Shown here: piece by piece, positions 11,985-23,179 of the stretch
Numbering within the stretch: the stretch's first letter is position 1
Layout: the number at the start of each line of letters is the position of its first letter
Assembly: GCF_006345805.1 (NCBI RefSeq)
Contig: NW_021835761.1
Location: forward strand, 1-38,093
Reading direction: 5' to 3'
Length of the DNA stretch: 38,093 bases
DNA from: Octopus sinensis
Taxonomy: Eukaryota
The notes under the pieces: generated by a model
Seen by the model: the letters and a program-made list of their open reading frames with translations, nothing else
What the model was told of the DNA's origin: nothing
The model's database searches: none
Made by a program: the position numbers and the translations under genes

Positions 11985-12449
11985 TACAACAAATATTGCA
12001 AAATTATGTCACTATACAAGCAAAGTGTTCTAGACTGGAGAAAAACAGAAGAAAAGCGCTTAACAGTTCCGAATGTCAGTTTGCAACTGGATATAATATA
12101 TATCAGAAATGCAAACTATAAGATTAGCGAATAAGCAAATATTTAAAAATGCATGTATTTTATCTACAAAGTAGAAAGTGCTTATGTTTCATAATGAATA
12201 TCTCTTTTGTATGTCGTGCTGCAAAAATATGTCCCAGTTACAGCAAACAGGGGAAGCATTGATTCCACACCACCACAGTAACAAAATTAATCTATATATA
12301 ACCTGCATATCTCTACTTGAGGAAAAGTTGCATATTTTAGGCGCCTCTTTCTTTGTGAGTTAAAAGATTCCGAATGGTTCGTCATGACTGAAGCTAAAGG
12401 ATTATACTGAGGTCTGGTGATGGCTCACTACAATATAGTGTCGAGGTGT

Positions 12450-12601
12450 TTGTATGTATGTATGTATGTATGTATGTATGTATGTATGTATGTATGTATG
12501 TATGTATGTATGTGTGTGTGTATGTGTGTGTGTATGTGTGTGTATATGTGTGCATGTATGTGTGTGCATGTATGTATGGTGCTTGTATGTATTTATATGT
12601 A

Positions 12602-12652
<51 letters not shown>

Positions 12653-12670
12653 AATCTATCTATCTATCTC

Positions 12671-12712
<42 letters not shown>

Positions 12713-12860
12713 TACATACACATACATATATGCATACATACATACATAAATACATACATACATGCATGCATACATACATACATACATGCATACATACATG
12801 CATGCGTACATATATACATACATACATTCATGAATACATACACACATATATACATACATA
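12450..12860. repeat. (TATG)n/(TATC)n/(TA)n/(TACA)n compound microsatellite
   Basis: Directly visible. Confidence 0.95.
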
Positions 12861-12861
12861 C

Positions 12862-13400
12862 CTCCTCAAGCGTTCACAATAATTTTTCCATCGTCTTGAC
12901 TTAACAGCCCTCATCATTTAATTTTACTGTGTTATTCTCTTTGTTCTGTCTTTTACTTTTTTTACTTTTATTGTTTTTACTGTCTTCTTTTGTTCTTACT
13001 GTCCTGTTTTTGTTACCATTTTTACTCCTCCTCAAAAAATCCCAAATTTCATTTAATTTGCTTTGCGGGAAGGACTGCTTCAACGGAGTCGCGTCTTGTC
13101 CTTACTTTCGAAAACGCGGAGTAGATGAAACATGGAAAACTGAAGAAGGGGAATATTCCTTGTGTTGTATGTCTTGTACTCTGTTCTTTCGTTGTTGGAA
13201 AAAAAGTTCGTTTCCATGTTTTTGTTTTTATGTTTTCGTTTCTCATTGTGTTCAACGTTTTTTTTTGGTGTCCTGTACCCATATATGCGTGTATATATAC
13301 ATATAGATGTATGTTTGTACATATATGCATGTATATATACATATAGATGTAGGTATGTACATATAGGTATGTATATATAAATATATTTATATAGTATTTA
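12862..13400 (+). mobile_element. PLE-terminus-like non-coding repeat, copy A (permuted-hammerhead family)
   Basis: T-rich segment, ribozyme-like module and tail ..GGTGTCCTGTAC..TATAGATGTAGGTATGTACATAT, homologous to the 17.5, 27.8 and 28.6 kb copies. (TACA)n lies on both sides. A weak TIIFPSS*LN translation at the start could be a decayed GIY-YIG end (PxGLN). Confidence 0.75.
13076..13151 (+). ncRNA. Non-circularly permuted hammerhead-like ribozyme, copy A (partly mutated)
   Basis: CGCGU-C-UUGUCC-uuac-UUUC-GAA(A)ACGCG..GGAAAA-CUGAAGA-a-GGGG; GUC triplet at 13093-13095; one extra A after GAA and one stem I mismatch. Confidence 0.65.
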
Positions 13401-13779
13401 TATTATTATATACATGATACATACATACATACATAAATACATACATACATACATACATACATACATACATACATACATACACACATACATACATAATACA
13501 TACATACATACATACATACGCACGTAGGATTTTCGGGGCTAAATCCTGATAATTTTCTACGTCTCCCTTTTCCAGGAACAGATCGATATACTGGTAAACG
13601 GACACTGCTTCAGAGAGCATAAAGATTAAAGTTTTAGTTGAAAACAGTAAGCTGACATGGAGGACTGGAAGCCATCTGAGGACTGGAAAGGTGTTACCTG
13701 CATCATGACGATTCGCGCCGGACATCATTATTGCTGCTCAACACTCTATGAACATTGTAAAAGCTGTAAGACATGATAG

Positions 13780-14150
13780 GGACATCAGGAAAACCAAGTT
13801 CTTCGAAACTGTGAAGGTCTTTGGGTGTGCCTCCAGTGAGGGTGACACCATGCAGCCTCACATCTTTGTACAAAGTCTTAAGCTCAAAACAGATGGCTAT
13901 GTGAAACTGCTGGGGACTGTGGTCAAACCATGGCCGGAAAGGGTCACTAATGGAAGGTCATTTTGTGTGAGTGGTAGCAGGATTCGACTCCTTGCCATCC
14001 CTCCGGTAAGTGTCAGAAATAGTTGTTGGAGAATTTCTATGACTTCACCAGCCGCAATTTCTAGTCTCCTAATTCCCCCGATTGAAATCCCCGATTGATT
14101 ACTAGCTGAAGGGCGCGGTTGAGAAAGACATCATCCGCTCACACTGCAAC
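13780..14150 (+). mobile_element. Decayed Tc1/mariner transposase, maT/DD37D-like
   Basis: Translation across frameshifts: KTKFFETVKVFGCASSEGDTMQPHIF..LLGTVVKPW..QQDSTPCH..ENFYDFTS..SPNSPD*NP, matching the QQDSAPxH and WPPNSPDxNP motifs. No TIRs identified. Confidence 0.8.
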
Positions 14151-14235
14151 AAGTGATGTCGAGCTTCTTACGGAATTTCAAAAATATACATAAAATTAAT
14201 AACTGCATTCTGCTCAAGAATATCGAGTGATAATA

Positions 14236-14452
14236 ATAATTTCAACTTATGGTCACGGCCAGTAATTTGGGGGGAGGGGCAAGCCGATTGCATCGACTCC
14301 AGGACTCAACTGGTACTTATATTATCGACCACGATGGCATAAAAGGCAAAGTCGACCTTGATAGAATTTTAGCATAGAGCGTAAAGGCTGACTAAATGCC
14401 GTTAAGCATTTAGTTCGGCATACCGACGATTCTGCCGGTGTGCAGCCTTAAA
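14236..14452 (-). mobile_element. SINE family A (tail variant A2), diverged
   Basis: Contains CTGGTACTTATATTATCGAC..AAAGGCAAAGTCGACC, homologous to family A. Confidence 0.75.
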
Positions 14453-14507
14453 ATAATTAATTAATTAATTAATGATAATAATAATAATAACAACAACAAC
14501 AGCAACG

Positions 14508-14552
<45 letters not shown>

Positions 14553-14579
14553 GGCAATAAGAAGAAGGCAATGCGATCG

Positions 14580-15958
14580 TAGTAGTTTATTAGTTTGAAC
14601 GATATTTCGACAGCTCGCCTGTTTTTTCAACTTCAAAATGTAAAATGAATTTTAAAAATATAGAAATTCAACATCTGAACGATGAAATCTTGCGCTCCAG
14701 CTTTGACAGAATGACATCATCCGTCAATTTTGCAACTGGCAAAAAAGGAAAAATAAAGAAAAAAGATGAGAAAAAAGAAATCGAAAGAAAAAAGAATATT
14801 TAGCCGAACAGTTTTGTGTAAATTTCTTCTTCCAGAGCGTGGTGTTCATAACTCACAAGCAGATTTGTCCTCATGCATTTTGAGCACTGAAAGTGTAGTA
14901 GATTCGGAATATTTTCTCGGGAATATGCACTTTTAGGTGTTCCTCAAAATGGCAGCCTCTTGATGTAAAATGTTCAGCGGGAGTAAAATGTTCAGGCGCA
15001 GGAGTGTCTGTGTGGTAAGTAGCTTGCTAACCAACCACATGGTTCCGGGTTCAGTCCCACTGCGTGGCATCTTGGGCAAGTGTCTTCTGCTATAGCCCCG
15101 GGCCGACCAATGCCTTGTGAGTGGATTTGGTAGACGGAATCTGAAAGAAGCCTGTCGTATATATGTATATATATATATGTATGTATGTGTGTGTATATGT
15201 CTGTGTGTCTGTGTTTGTCCCCCTAGCATTGCTTGACAACCGATGCTGGTGTGTTTACGTCCCCGTCACTTAGCGGTTCGGCAAAAGAGACCGATAGAAT
15301 AAGTACTCGGCTTACAAAGAATAAGTCCCGGGGTCGATTTGCTCGACTAAAGGCGGTGCTCCAGCATGGCCGCAGTCAAATGACTGAAACAAGTAAAAGA
15401 GTAAAAGGGTAAAAGAGTAAGTTCTGTCGAACTACGGTTATTATGCTTGACGTCATACCTGTGCCCGTTGAATCTTTTATTTAATTGTTCTGTTGTATAA
15501 CCAACATAAATCAATTTGTGTTTGGTGCATTCTGCTGCGGACACAAAAATGGGAATCTTTACACGTCCCACCTTCCGTATAAATCATAACATTTCTGTTA
15601 TGATTCCTGATGGAATCAACTTGTTTCATGTTGTTGCACAATGAACAGGGCTCACCTCTCTTGCGGCAGTTTTTCAAGGTACAGCATTCAGAAACTCTCT
15701 TTCCGTCTCTCGCTTTTACCCAGTCTTGCAAATTCTACATAGACTAACAGATCTTCCATCCCGTTGGTACCTTTTTTTAAATTCTTGTTAGCATATCCAA
15801 ATGTCATTCACATAAACGGTTTCACAGCTCGTCTTTGAGTTGATGCCTCTCGGTCTACATTAGATGAAAGAAAGGTTCCTCCTATATCTAGCAATTTCAC
15901 AATCTGTGCCGTCTTAAGGCATGGGCATACCGGGAAGTTGCCCGGGACCTCACGGCTG
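14580..15958 (-). mobile_element. Neptune-like Penelope element 3' part (thumb, Cys linker, GIY-YIG), split by a SINE
   Basis: Frameshifted NLQDWVKAR..CCTLKNCRKRGEPCSLC..GGTCKDSHF/VSAAECTKHKLIYVGYTTEQLNKRFNGH..STEL, then [SINE 14994-15420], then AEHFTSRGCHFEEHLKVHI..LKMHEDK. A T-rich UTR follows, ending at an (AAT)n tract. Confidence 0.8.
14994..15420 (+). mobile_element. SINE family B, full length
   Basis: AGGCGCAGGAGTG..GTGTGGTAAGTAGCTTGC head through the (GTAAAAGA)n tail. Confidence 0.95.
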
Positions 15959-15974
15959 GAGCGGCTCAATTCTG

Positions 15975-16193
15975 TTTCTTTATTACCCACAAGGGGCTGA
16001 ACATAGAGGGGACAAACAAGGACAGACTAACGGGTTGAGTCGATTATATCGACCTCAGTGCGTAACTGGTACTTAATTTATCGACCCCGAAAGGATGAAA
16101 GGCAAAGTAGACCTCGGCGGGATTTGAACTCAGAACGTACGGCTACGCATTTCGCCCGGCGTGCTAACGTTTCTGCCAGCTCGCCGCCTTTTT
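15975..16193 (-). mobile_element. SINE family A with 16-bp TSD
   Basis: GAGCGGCTCAATTCTG duplicated at 15959-15974 and 16194-16209. Confidence 0.95.
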
Positions 16194-16984
16194 GAGCGGC
16201 TCAATTCTGACATATGTATACAGTGGCTTGCAGTCAATAAATAAATACTACTGGGCCTAGTGCATGGGCTTTCCCGAGTGCCTATCATGCAATCAGACGA
16301 TTCAATCTACAATTTGACATACAACATTTTTATGTCTTTTTCATACGAACACTATCGAACAGTTTCAGCATGTTTAGTGCTGCAGACAATGGAAGTTCTA
16401 TCAAAAAATAAAAATGTATTTTAATTGTGTGTCAAGTTGATAATGTATGATGACCTTCAAAGAATGATTCTTCATCGACTTCAACGTCTTGTATTTTTGT
16501 ACATCAAAATCCATCTCTGTTTGCTGAGTATTTTTAAATATTTACATAACGTTCAGCATCGTAATCCATCTAATTTGCTAGATTTTTTATTTCACAAAAC
16601 TTTCCCTTTGCATATTATAAAACAATTAATTGCTGAGTAGAGTACTCCATGTTAATTTGTTATAATAAATTATATAATAATAATTAGCTCATGAAATACA
16701 ATAAAAAAATTGAAAACAAAATTTAATTCAATGCCTTGAATTTATTGCTTTAATTACTAAATCGAGCGCAGCATTATGTGCTTAGATTATGTGAAGTGTT
16801 TTGTTTGTCTGTGTATTCTGTTATATTGAAAGTGCTCCGAATAATATATTTGTGTACAGCTCTAAGTCGTACCGTTTTTGCTATGCATCGCTTTTGATCA
16901 TTCACAAGGAAATTTAAGGGAAATGTTTCTACTTTCAACCCCCGCATTCTGGTTGTCTCTATTACCAGATATTTGGGTAGTTTA

Positions 16985-17190
16985 AGGCAACGAGCAAGCA
17001 GAATACTGAGGACACCCGATAAAATGCTTCACAACATTTCTTCCGGCTTTATGTTCTGACTTCAAATTCCGCCGAGGTCGACTTTGCCCTTCATCCTTTC
17101 GATGTTGATAAAATAAGTACCAGTTGAGTACTGGGTCCATGTAATCGACTGGCTCCCTCCTCAAAATTTCAGACTATAGAAGAAAATATT
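16985..17190 (+). mobile_element. SINE family A (A2 tail), diverged
   Basis: TTCAAATTCCGCCGAGGTCGACTTTGCC..AGTACCAGTTGAGTACTGGG. Confidence 0.8.
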
Positions 17191-17453
17191 ATATTTGGGT
17201 CGTTTCTCTATTTCTTTCGGGGGTGGGGGGTATACGTTTTTTTGAATTGGTATTTTAATTAGAAGGTTTTGGCAACATTATTAGAACTATATGTTTTATT
17301 GCCATGTATGAATTGAGATTACTTCATTCCAGAGTAATGTTTTGACAAAATTAACAAAACCTCTCTGTATTGAAATAAATTTCCTCACAATAATGTCCAC
17401 ATTGTCTGAGTAAATATAAGTTTCAAAAGATTTAAAGATAATTCCAGCACATC

Positions 17454-17489
<36 letters not shown>

Positions 17490-17491
<2 letters not shown>

Positions 17492-17760
17492 ACAATATAA
17501 TAAATAAAACATATGCATATATACATACATATATGTACATACTTACATCTATATGTATATATACATGTATATATGAGTACAGGACACCACAAATAAACGT
17601 AGAACACAACGAGAAACGAAAACATAAAATCAAACAAGGAAACGGACTTTTTTTAACAACGAAAAACAGAGTACAGGACAAACAATACAAGGAAAATTCC
17701 CCTTCATCAGCTGCCCCTGGTTCGACTCAAATGCGTGTTTCGAAGGTAAGGGTATACACC
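17490..17760 (-). mobile_element. Permuted-hammerhead repeat family, copy B (5'-truncated)
   Basis: Homologous to copies A, C and D; 3' end abuts (TA)n and the 5' end is lost next to an RTE 3' end. Confidence 0.8.
17699..17760 (-). ncRNA. Permuted hammerhead-like motif, copy B (degenerate)
   Basis: GUGU-A-uaCCC-uuac-CUUC-GAAACACG..GGGCAG-CUGAUGA-a-GGGG; stem I 5' strand damaged. Confidence 0.5.
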
Positions 17761-17764
17761 TGGG

Positions 17765-18950
17765 CCTATTCCTAATTTTTTAGGAGGAGTTAGCCACAAG
17801 ACATACACCAAGCATTCCAGTCATTTCCCAGCTCAAAGAGGTGAGCTCTGTTCTATGCTCGGGTCAAAGCATAGAACGCAACCCCCAATATCACCATCGA
17901 GGCCCGACAGCATTTGCTGGTTTACCTCCCGCCCCATTATGCTGGTTCCTTACCCCTTTGAACAACCTTCCTGCCACTTTCTTATCAATTAATACATAAT
18001 CCATCAAAGCCTTATCCACTACTGTTCCTCCCTCCATTATTCTTCTCCCACTGTTTAGAAAGACTATTCCCCCCCAACTCCTGCTCCATACACATTTCCA
18101 ACAACCTCCTCCTTCCACTTTCATTCTGACCAGGAACTCCATATTGTCCTCCTACATTTTCTACTCCCTCATTTCCCACTCGCGCATTCAAATCACCCAA
18201 CACCACCACATAGCCATTTATCCCCACCCTGTTCACACACTCTCTCCAGAACTCCTCTACTTCTTCCTCACTCCTTTCCCTCCCTAGACCATATGCACTA
18301 AAATGCACCCACACCTCTTCACCCCACCTCATCTTAACCCACATTAACCTTGAAGACACTTCCCTCCACTCCACCACACTCTCCTTCACACGCTCACTCA
18401 CCAGCAATGCCACTCCCTCGCAATCCCTTCCCCTCCTACTTCCCACACTCGTCCAGTCACACCACCAAACTGGTACTCTCCCTTACCTTTCATCTTAGTT
18501 TCGCTCAGGGCCAGCACATCTATCCTTCTCCTCATCATCGCACCCTTTATCTCACCCCTCTTTACATCACTTGTATTACACCCACATACATTCCATGACC
18601 CTAGTACTAGGGTGAGATTAGTTGTTAACCTTCCCATCCCCTTGTCTTTTTCTTGTCTTCTTAGGAATATGAAATTACTAGGAGGAGTGGATTCCCAATT
18701 CCTTCGCTGCCGCCCCTTTTAATGGCCTCTTACGCCACGCAGGGAATATGGCAACTATGTTTTAACCGCCCGCCTTTCAGTCGCAGGGGCGATTTGCTAG
18801 TTAACCCATAGCTTACAGGTGCTACCACTCCAGGCCAGAGTAGACCTGGGAACAATAGTGGCTAAGTGATGGTTCCCCACTCATCAAATCCTGAAACCAG
18901 GGTCCCAGGGTATCAACTACCGGATGTAGTTTATTATCATACTCAGGACT
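17765..18950 (-). mobile_element. RTE-clade LINE deletion derivative (5'UTR + APE endonuclease + apparent 3' end)
   Basis: LVLGSWNVCG..IDVLALSETKMKGKGE..GVALLV..VSSRLMWVK..VVVLGDLNARVG..MDYVL are APE motifs in broken frames. No RT domain is present. Stem-loops lie near the 3' end (17850-17877). Confidence 0.85.
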
Positions 18951-19419
18951 ATATATTTAGATATATATTTATTTAGAAATAAACTCATCAAAACTGCTGA
19001 AAGCTTAGATATGTGAAGGAACTTATCAAAGGAATCTTTATTGAATTTTTATAAACTTTTATTAAAACGAATCAAAATGTTAAAGTTTTGAAGAATTCAA
19101 TAAGACTTACTTTAATAAAGTTCTTTAAAATATTTTAATATGCTTCCTTCAAAAATACGTTTGTGTAAGGGTAGAGGTTTTCTTTTAGTGTCTGGATGGT
19201 TATGTGTGTGTGTGTGTGTGTGTATGTGTTGGGAAGGCAGGGCGAATTTTGTGTAGCCAAGCTCCTTCCATATTACAAATATAATTGCATACTACGAAGT
19301 AATGTATCTTGTTAAGATCGTATTCTATACTTTGAAGTACTGTGTTGAGTTTATTGTTCTAAAAACAAAAGATTAATATTTCTTCCTTTTATGTGATGCA
19401 ATGATGAGATAAATTATTT

Positions 19420-19618
19420 GTTTCTCAGAAAGCACAAGGCTTAAAATTTGGAAGAAGGGTATAACTGATAATGTTGAGTTCAGTATCTTTTACAGACCTC
19501 GGAAGGTTGAAGGCAAAAGTTGCTTTGACAGGATTTGAACTCAGAACGAAAAAATCGAAACAAAAACTACGACCCATTTTGTCCGACGATCTAACGATTC
19601 CACCAATTCAGTGCTCTT
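19420..19618 (-). mobile_element. SINE family A2, highly diverged
   Basis: GGAAGGTTGAAGGCAAAAG..GGATTTGAACTCAGAACG similarity. Confidence 0.6.
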
Positions 19619-19708
19619 AAATTCATAGCATTTAACAATTCACAGGCTGCTGCTGCTGCTGTTGTTGTTGTTGTTGTCGTCGTCGTCGTCGTTGCTATTG
19701 TTGTTGTT

Positions 19709-19923
19709 AAGGCGCTAAGCTGGCAGAATCGTTAGCACGCCGGCCGAAATGCTTAGCAGTATTTCGTCTGTCTTTACGTTCTGAGTTCAAATTCCGCCGA
19801 GGTCGACTTTGCCTTTCATCCTTTCGGGGTCGATAAATAAAGTACCAGTTGCGTACTGGGGTCGATATAATCGACTGACTCCTCCCCCCCAAACTTTAAA
19901 GCCTTGTGCCTATAGTAGAAAGG

Positions 19924-19979
<56 letters not shown>
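19709..19979 (+). mobile_element. SINE family A2 with (ATT)n tail
   Basis: Full head and body, ending GTGCCTATAGTAGAAAGG(ATT)n; a further decayed unit follows at ~19985-20165. Confidence 0.9.
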
Positions 19980-20543
19980 TAAAATGGCGGCGAACTAGCA
20001 GAATCATGAGCGGTATTTCTTCCTACGCTTTACGTTCCCAGTTTAAATACCGCCGAAGTCGTTACGGGTGTCGGTGTAATGCCACCTTTCATTGTTACGG
20101 GTGTCGATCTAAGCTACTAACTTCCATTGCCCTGTGCCAAATTTTGAAACAACCAGCAATTACCAATTCGCTGGAGGTAGGGAAATGTAAATTCATTTAA
20201 TTACAAAACTCGTTGACAAACCATCCAGTTGCTAAATGTGAAAATCTTCACACAAAGCATAGTTTATGTGGGTTAACAAAATATTTGAAATATTTGACAT
20301 AAAACTGCAAAGAATAACATTTAAGTCACTCTTTCTTTCTCTTTTTGGTATTTACTCATTCTTTGTGAACTCTATCTAAACGTATAGAACTTTCATTTAA
20401 TTGATTGCTTTTCATACTCATTAGCATATTCAAATAACATTCACATAAATGGGTTTTCAGTTTGATGTGAATTGATTAATTAGGCTAAAACCTCGCTGGT
20501 AGTCTGAAATAAATTCAGGAGTAATTCCCTCACCCCTACTCAC

Positions 20544-20579
20544 CTCCACCAGCATTGCAAGGTTGCAAATTCGTTCATT
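20544..20579 (-). CDS. Candidate 36-nt exon of an unidentified minus-strand host gene
   Basis: Acceptor CATTTGTTTCAG and consensus donor GAG|GTGAGT flank 36 nt that read NERICNLAMLVE (phase 0) or a-MNEFATLQCWW-ag. Confidence 0.4.
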
Positions 20580-20869
20580 CTGAAACAAATGCCACTATTT
20601 CAGCAACGCTTAAAATCAATGTGGATTTGTTTCTTGCACGGAAAATTTACAGCATTTTTAGCTATCAAATCATATTATATATATATATAAGGTATTAATA
20701 TGTTCGTCACTAGATATGGAGTCACATCAGCTATTCAAAGAAATCAGAAGCTAACCTTTGTTGTACTCAGTGGCGGCTCGTAGATGAAACTAGTTGGGGT
20801 GCTGCTTCAAAAAAATTTTTGCAGTTGTTTTAATATTTTGTAAAGGGAAACAAACATATAAGAAGAAAA

Positions 20870-21262
20870 TGGCTGTGTGGTAAGTAGCTTGCTAACCAAC
20901 CACATGGTTCCGGGTTCAGTCCCACTGCGTGGCATCTTGGGCAAGTGTCTTCTGCTATAGCCCCGGGCCGACCAATGCCTTGTGAGTGGATTTGGTAGAC
21001 GGAATCTGAAAGAAGCCTGTCGTATATATATATGTATATATATGTATGTGTGTGTATGTGTTTGTCTCCCTAGCATCGCTTGACAACCGATGCTGGTGTG
21101 CTTACGTCCCCGTCACTTAGCGGTTCGGCAAAAGAGACCGATAGAATAAGTACTGGGCTTAAGAAGAATAAGTCCCGGGGTCGATTTGCTCGACTAAAGG
21201 CGGTGCTCCAGCATGGCCGCAGTCAAATGACTGAAACAAGTAAAAGAGTAAAAGAGAGAGAG
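20870..21262 (+). mobile_element. SINE family B
   Basis: Near-identical to the 14994 copy. Confidence 0.95.
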
Positions 21263-22280
21263 TATAAACTTGATCGGTTCGCGTTTTAGCTACTGCCGGG
21301 TAGTTTATTTAATTTATTCACTGAACACCGCCGCGAATTCCCCCTTGTTTTTCAAAAATCCCCCTAAATCACAAAATAAGGGGGCGGAAATCTGCCCTAT
21401 TTTTCAAATCCCGGCAGCAACACTGTAGCTAGAAACTGGATAATAATCTAATTCTACCCTTTATCACACTCAAGAATATAAACACGTTTTTAAGCACAAC
21501 ACACGCGGAGTCAAAAAGAAACATTACCTTTCACCAGCACACGAGGGTCGGTACTACGTGAACGACAGTACTCTCTCTCCCTAGCGTGCAGCTTCCTATC
21601 TCGGACATGTGAGCATTACACCGCGTCTTGGAACTGTGAAGCGCACAGTTCTATACAAGCTTTTTTGCATTTTTTTCATAAACTAGGGGACAGCTACTGA
21701 CATTAAGCTTAAGGAATATATAATGTGCAAGTATAAGGAAAGAATTAAAGAAAAAAGGACTCATTACATTGAATGTTATCGATAATATCGAGTGAAAATA
21801 GGGGGCGCAGCAGTTCCGCAGTACCTATACCTCTTCTTCAGAAAATGAGCAAAAGACGATTGAAATGCTGTGTGTATAACATTTATAATGTGCATACAAA
21901 TGGGGAACGGATCCAGTTGTCATATTTTGTCACAGGAACGTTTCAAAGAGACTTTGTATTAAAATACACAACTTTGCTCAGAACGCTGGCGGACCACCAA
22001 CAAGATATGGCCACCTCAGTGACGAAAACTCCGGGCTTATTTTCAATACAAAAGTCAGTAAAAGAAAACATTTACTGATTTGTTGCGAAGGGCTAACCAG
22101 GTTGGGATTAAATCAATATACACACTTGAAACAGCATTGGATTAAAATACCAATGTGCATGAACCACAAACTTGTGCCTACTTTTACGCTGTCAAACAAC
22201 TCTTTGCGCAGAATCCGGCGCTGTGTAGTCGGTTCTTGAATGACAACATTTACAACCCGTGAAACTACTTTATATAAAAA

Positions 22281-22679
22281 CTAGCAGTATCGCCCGGCGT
22301 TGCTCGGGTTTGTAAGGGAAATAACTATATAAGCATTTTTAGAGATGTAAAGTATAATAGCCATCTCAATATGGCTAACCACAAAGGGGGGGGGTGTTAC
22401 TGTAGCTTTTTACGTTCTGAGATTTTATAATACATTTTTAGAGTTACTTCCCTTATATAATAGCAAAAAAAATGCATTAAAATGGGAACAATTGATGGTA
22501 AATTTTTTTTTTAATCGTAGACTCTCGTAGACGCGCGCTAATACCCAGAAGGGCTCGATATGAATCACGACTATAAGATACCCGCTTTTGGTTAAACTGC
22601 ACCGCAAAATGTGGGAGTAGTTAGGAATCTAAATCGTAGGAGACAGACACTCATACAACCTTACTTTTATATATAAAGA
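22281..22679 (-). mobile_element. Non-autonomous Helitron
   Basis: On the minus strand: A|TCTTTATATATAAAAG..CCCGAGCAACGCCGGG hairpin, 8 nt, then CTAG|T; no TSD. Confidence 0.88.
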
Positions 22680-23179
22680 TATTTATCAATTTCTGTAGCA
22701 GTATTTAAAACCACGAGATACTTCAGCAATCTCTTCAACGCGTGTGATCAGTGTCTCATAAAATTTGCTTTTTACAGCTTGCAACACAAAATTGTTTAGA
22801 TAGAACCATATGACGTCATCAAGTGGTCTGAAAACAACAGCCCCATATTCAGAGGCCTCTTTTTATAACTATGGTAACTAGCATCTTTTAACTGTAGCTT
22901 AGTTTCAATATTTCATATTGACTTGATTTTTTTTCGCCGTGCATCACGAATCTCTGGATCTTCGTGGTGTGCTACACAATGTCGTTGAACTGAGAGCAGA
23001 ATATCTTATTTCTGTCTTGCTGTGATACCATTAATTCCGACTTTCCATCAGACGTAAACATGCAGTACAAATCTTTTCTCTTTATAAACTGTTTGATCGT
23101 TGAAACAATAGAAGATGTTGATTTGCGCTTCACACCCTTCGCTGCTTTTGAACTGGACGAAATTCTTTTACAAATATTC

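Noticed and set aside
14597-14640. Decayed hammerhead-like motif (UUGAAGU..ACAG/CUGU-C-GAAA) at the Neptune-like PLE terminus
   Set aside because: The position fits a pseudo-LTR ribozyme, but the core and stems I and III are too mutated to call.
14933-15229. Recurrent ORFs such as RQASFRFRLPNPLTRHWSARGYSRRHLPK (also 20807, 23956, 36549)
   Set aside because: Incidental reading frames of SINE family B copies.
15410-15960. Initial idea of an N-terminal-EN (Naiad-type) PLE
   Set aside because: The upstream sequence resembles an RT thumb end (NLQDWVKAR) plus Cys linker, and the EN is followed by a T-rich UTR, which fits a C-terminal EN.
21288-21432. CTGCCGGG/CCCGGCAG inverted match with a CAGTGTTGC-like end
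   Set aside because: Possibly a DNA transposon remnant, but only 8 bp pair and there is no TSD.
21773-22078. 101-aa non-repetitive ORF (TTG start) and an AGGGGGCGC CTCF-like core
   Set aside because: No recognisable domain or splice support; only half of the motif matches.
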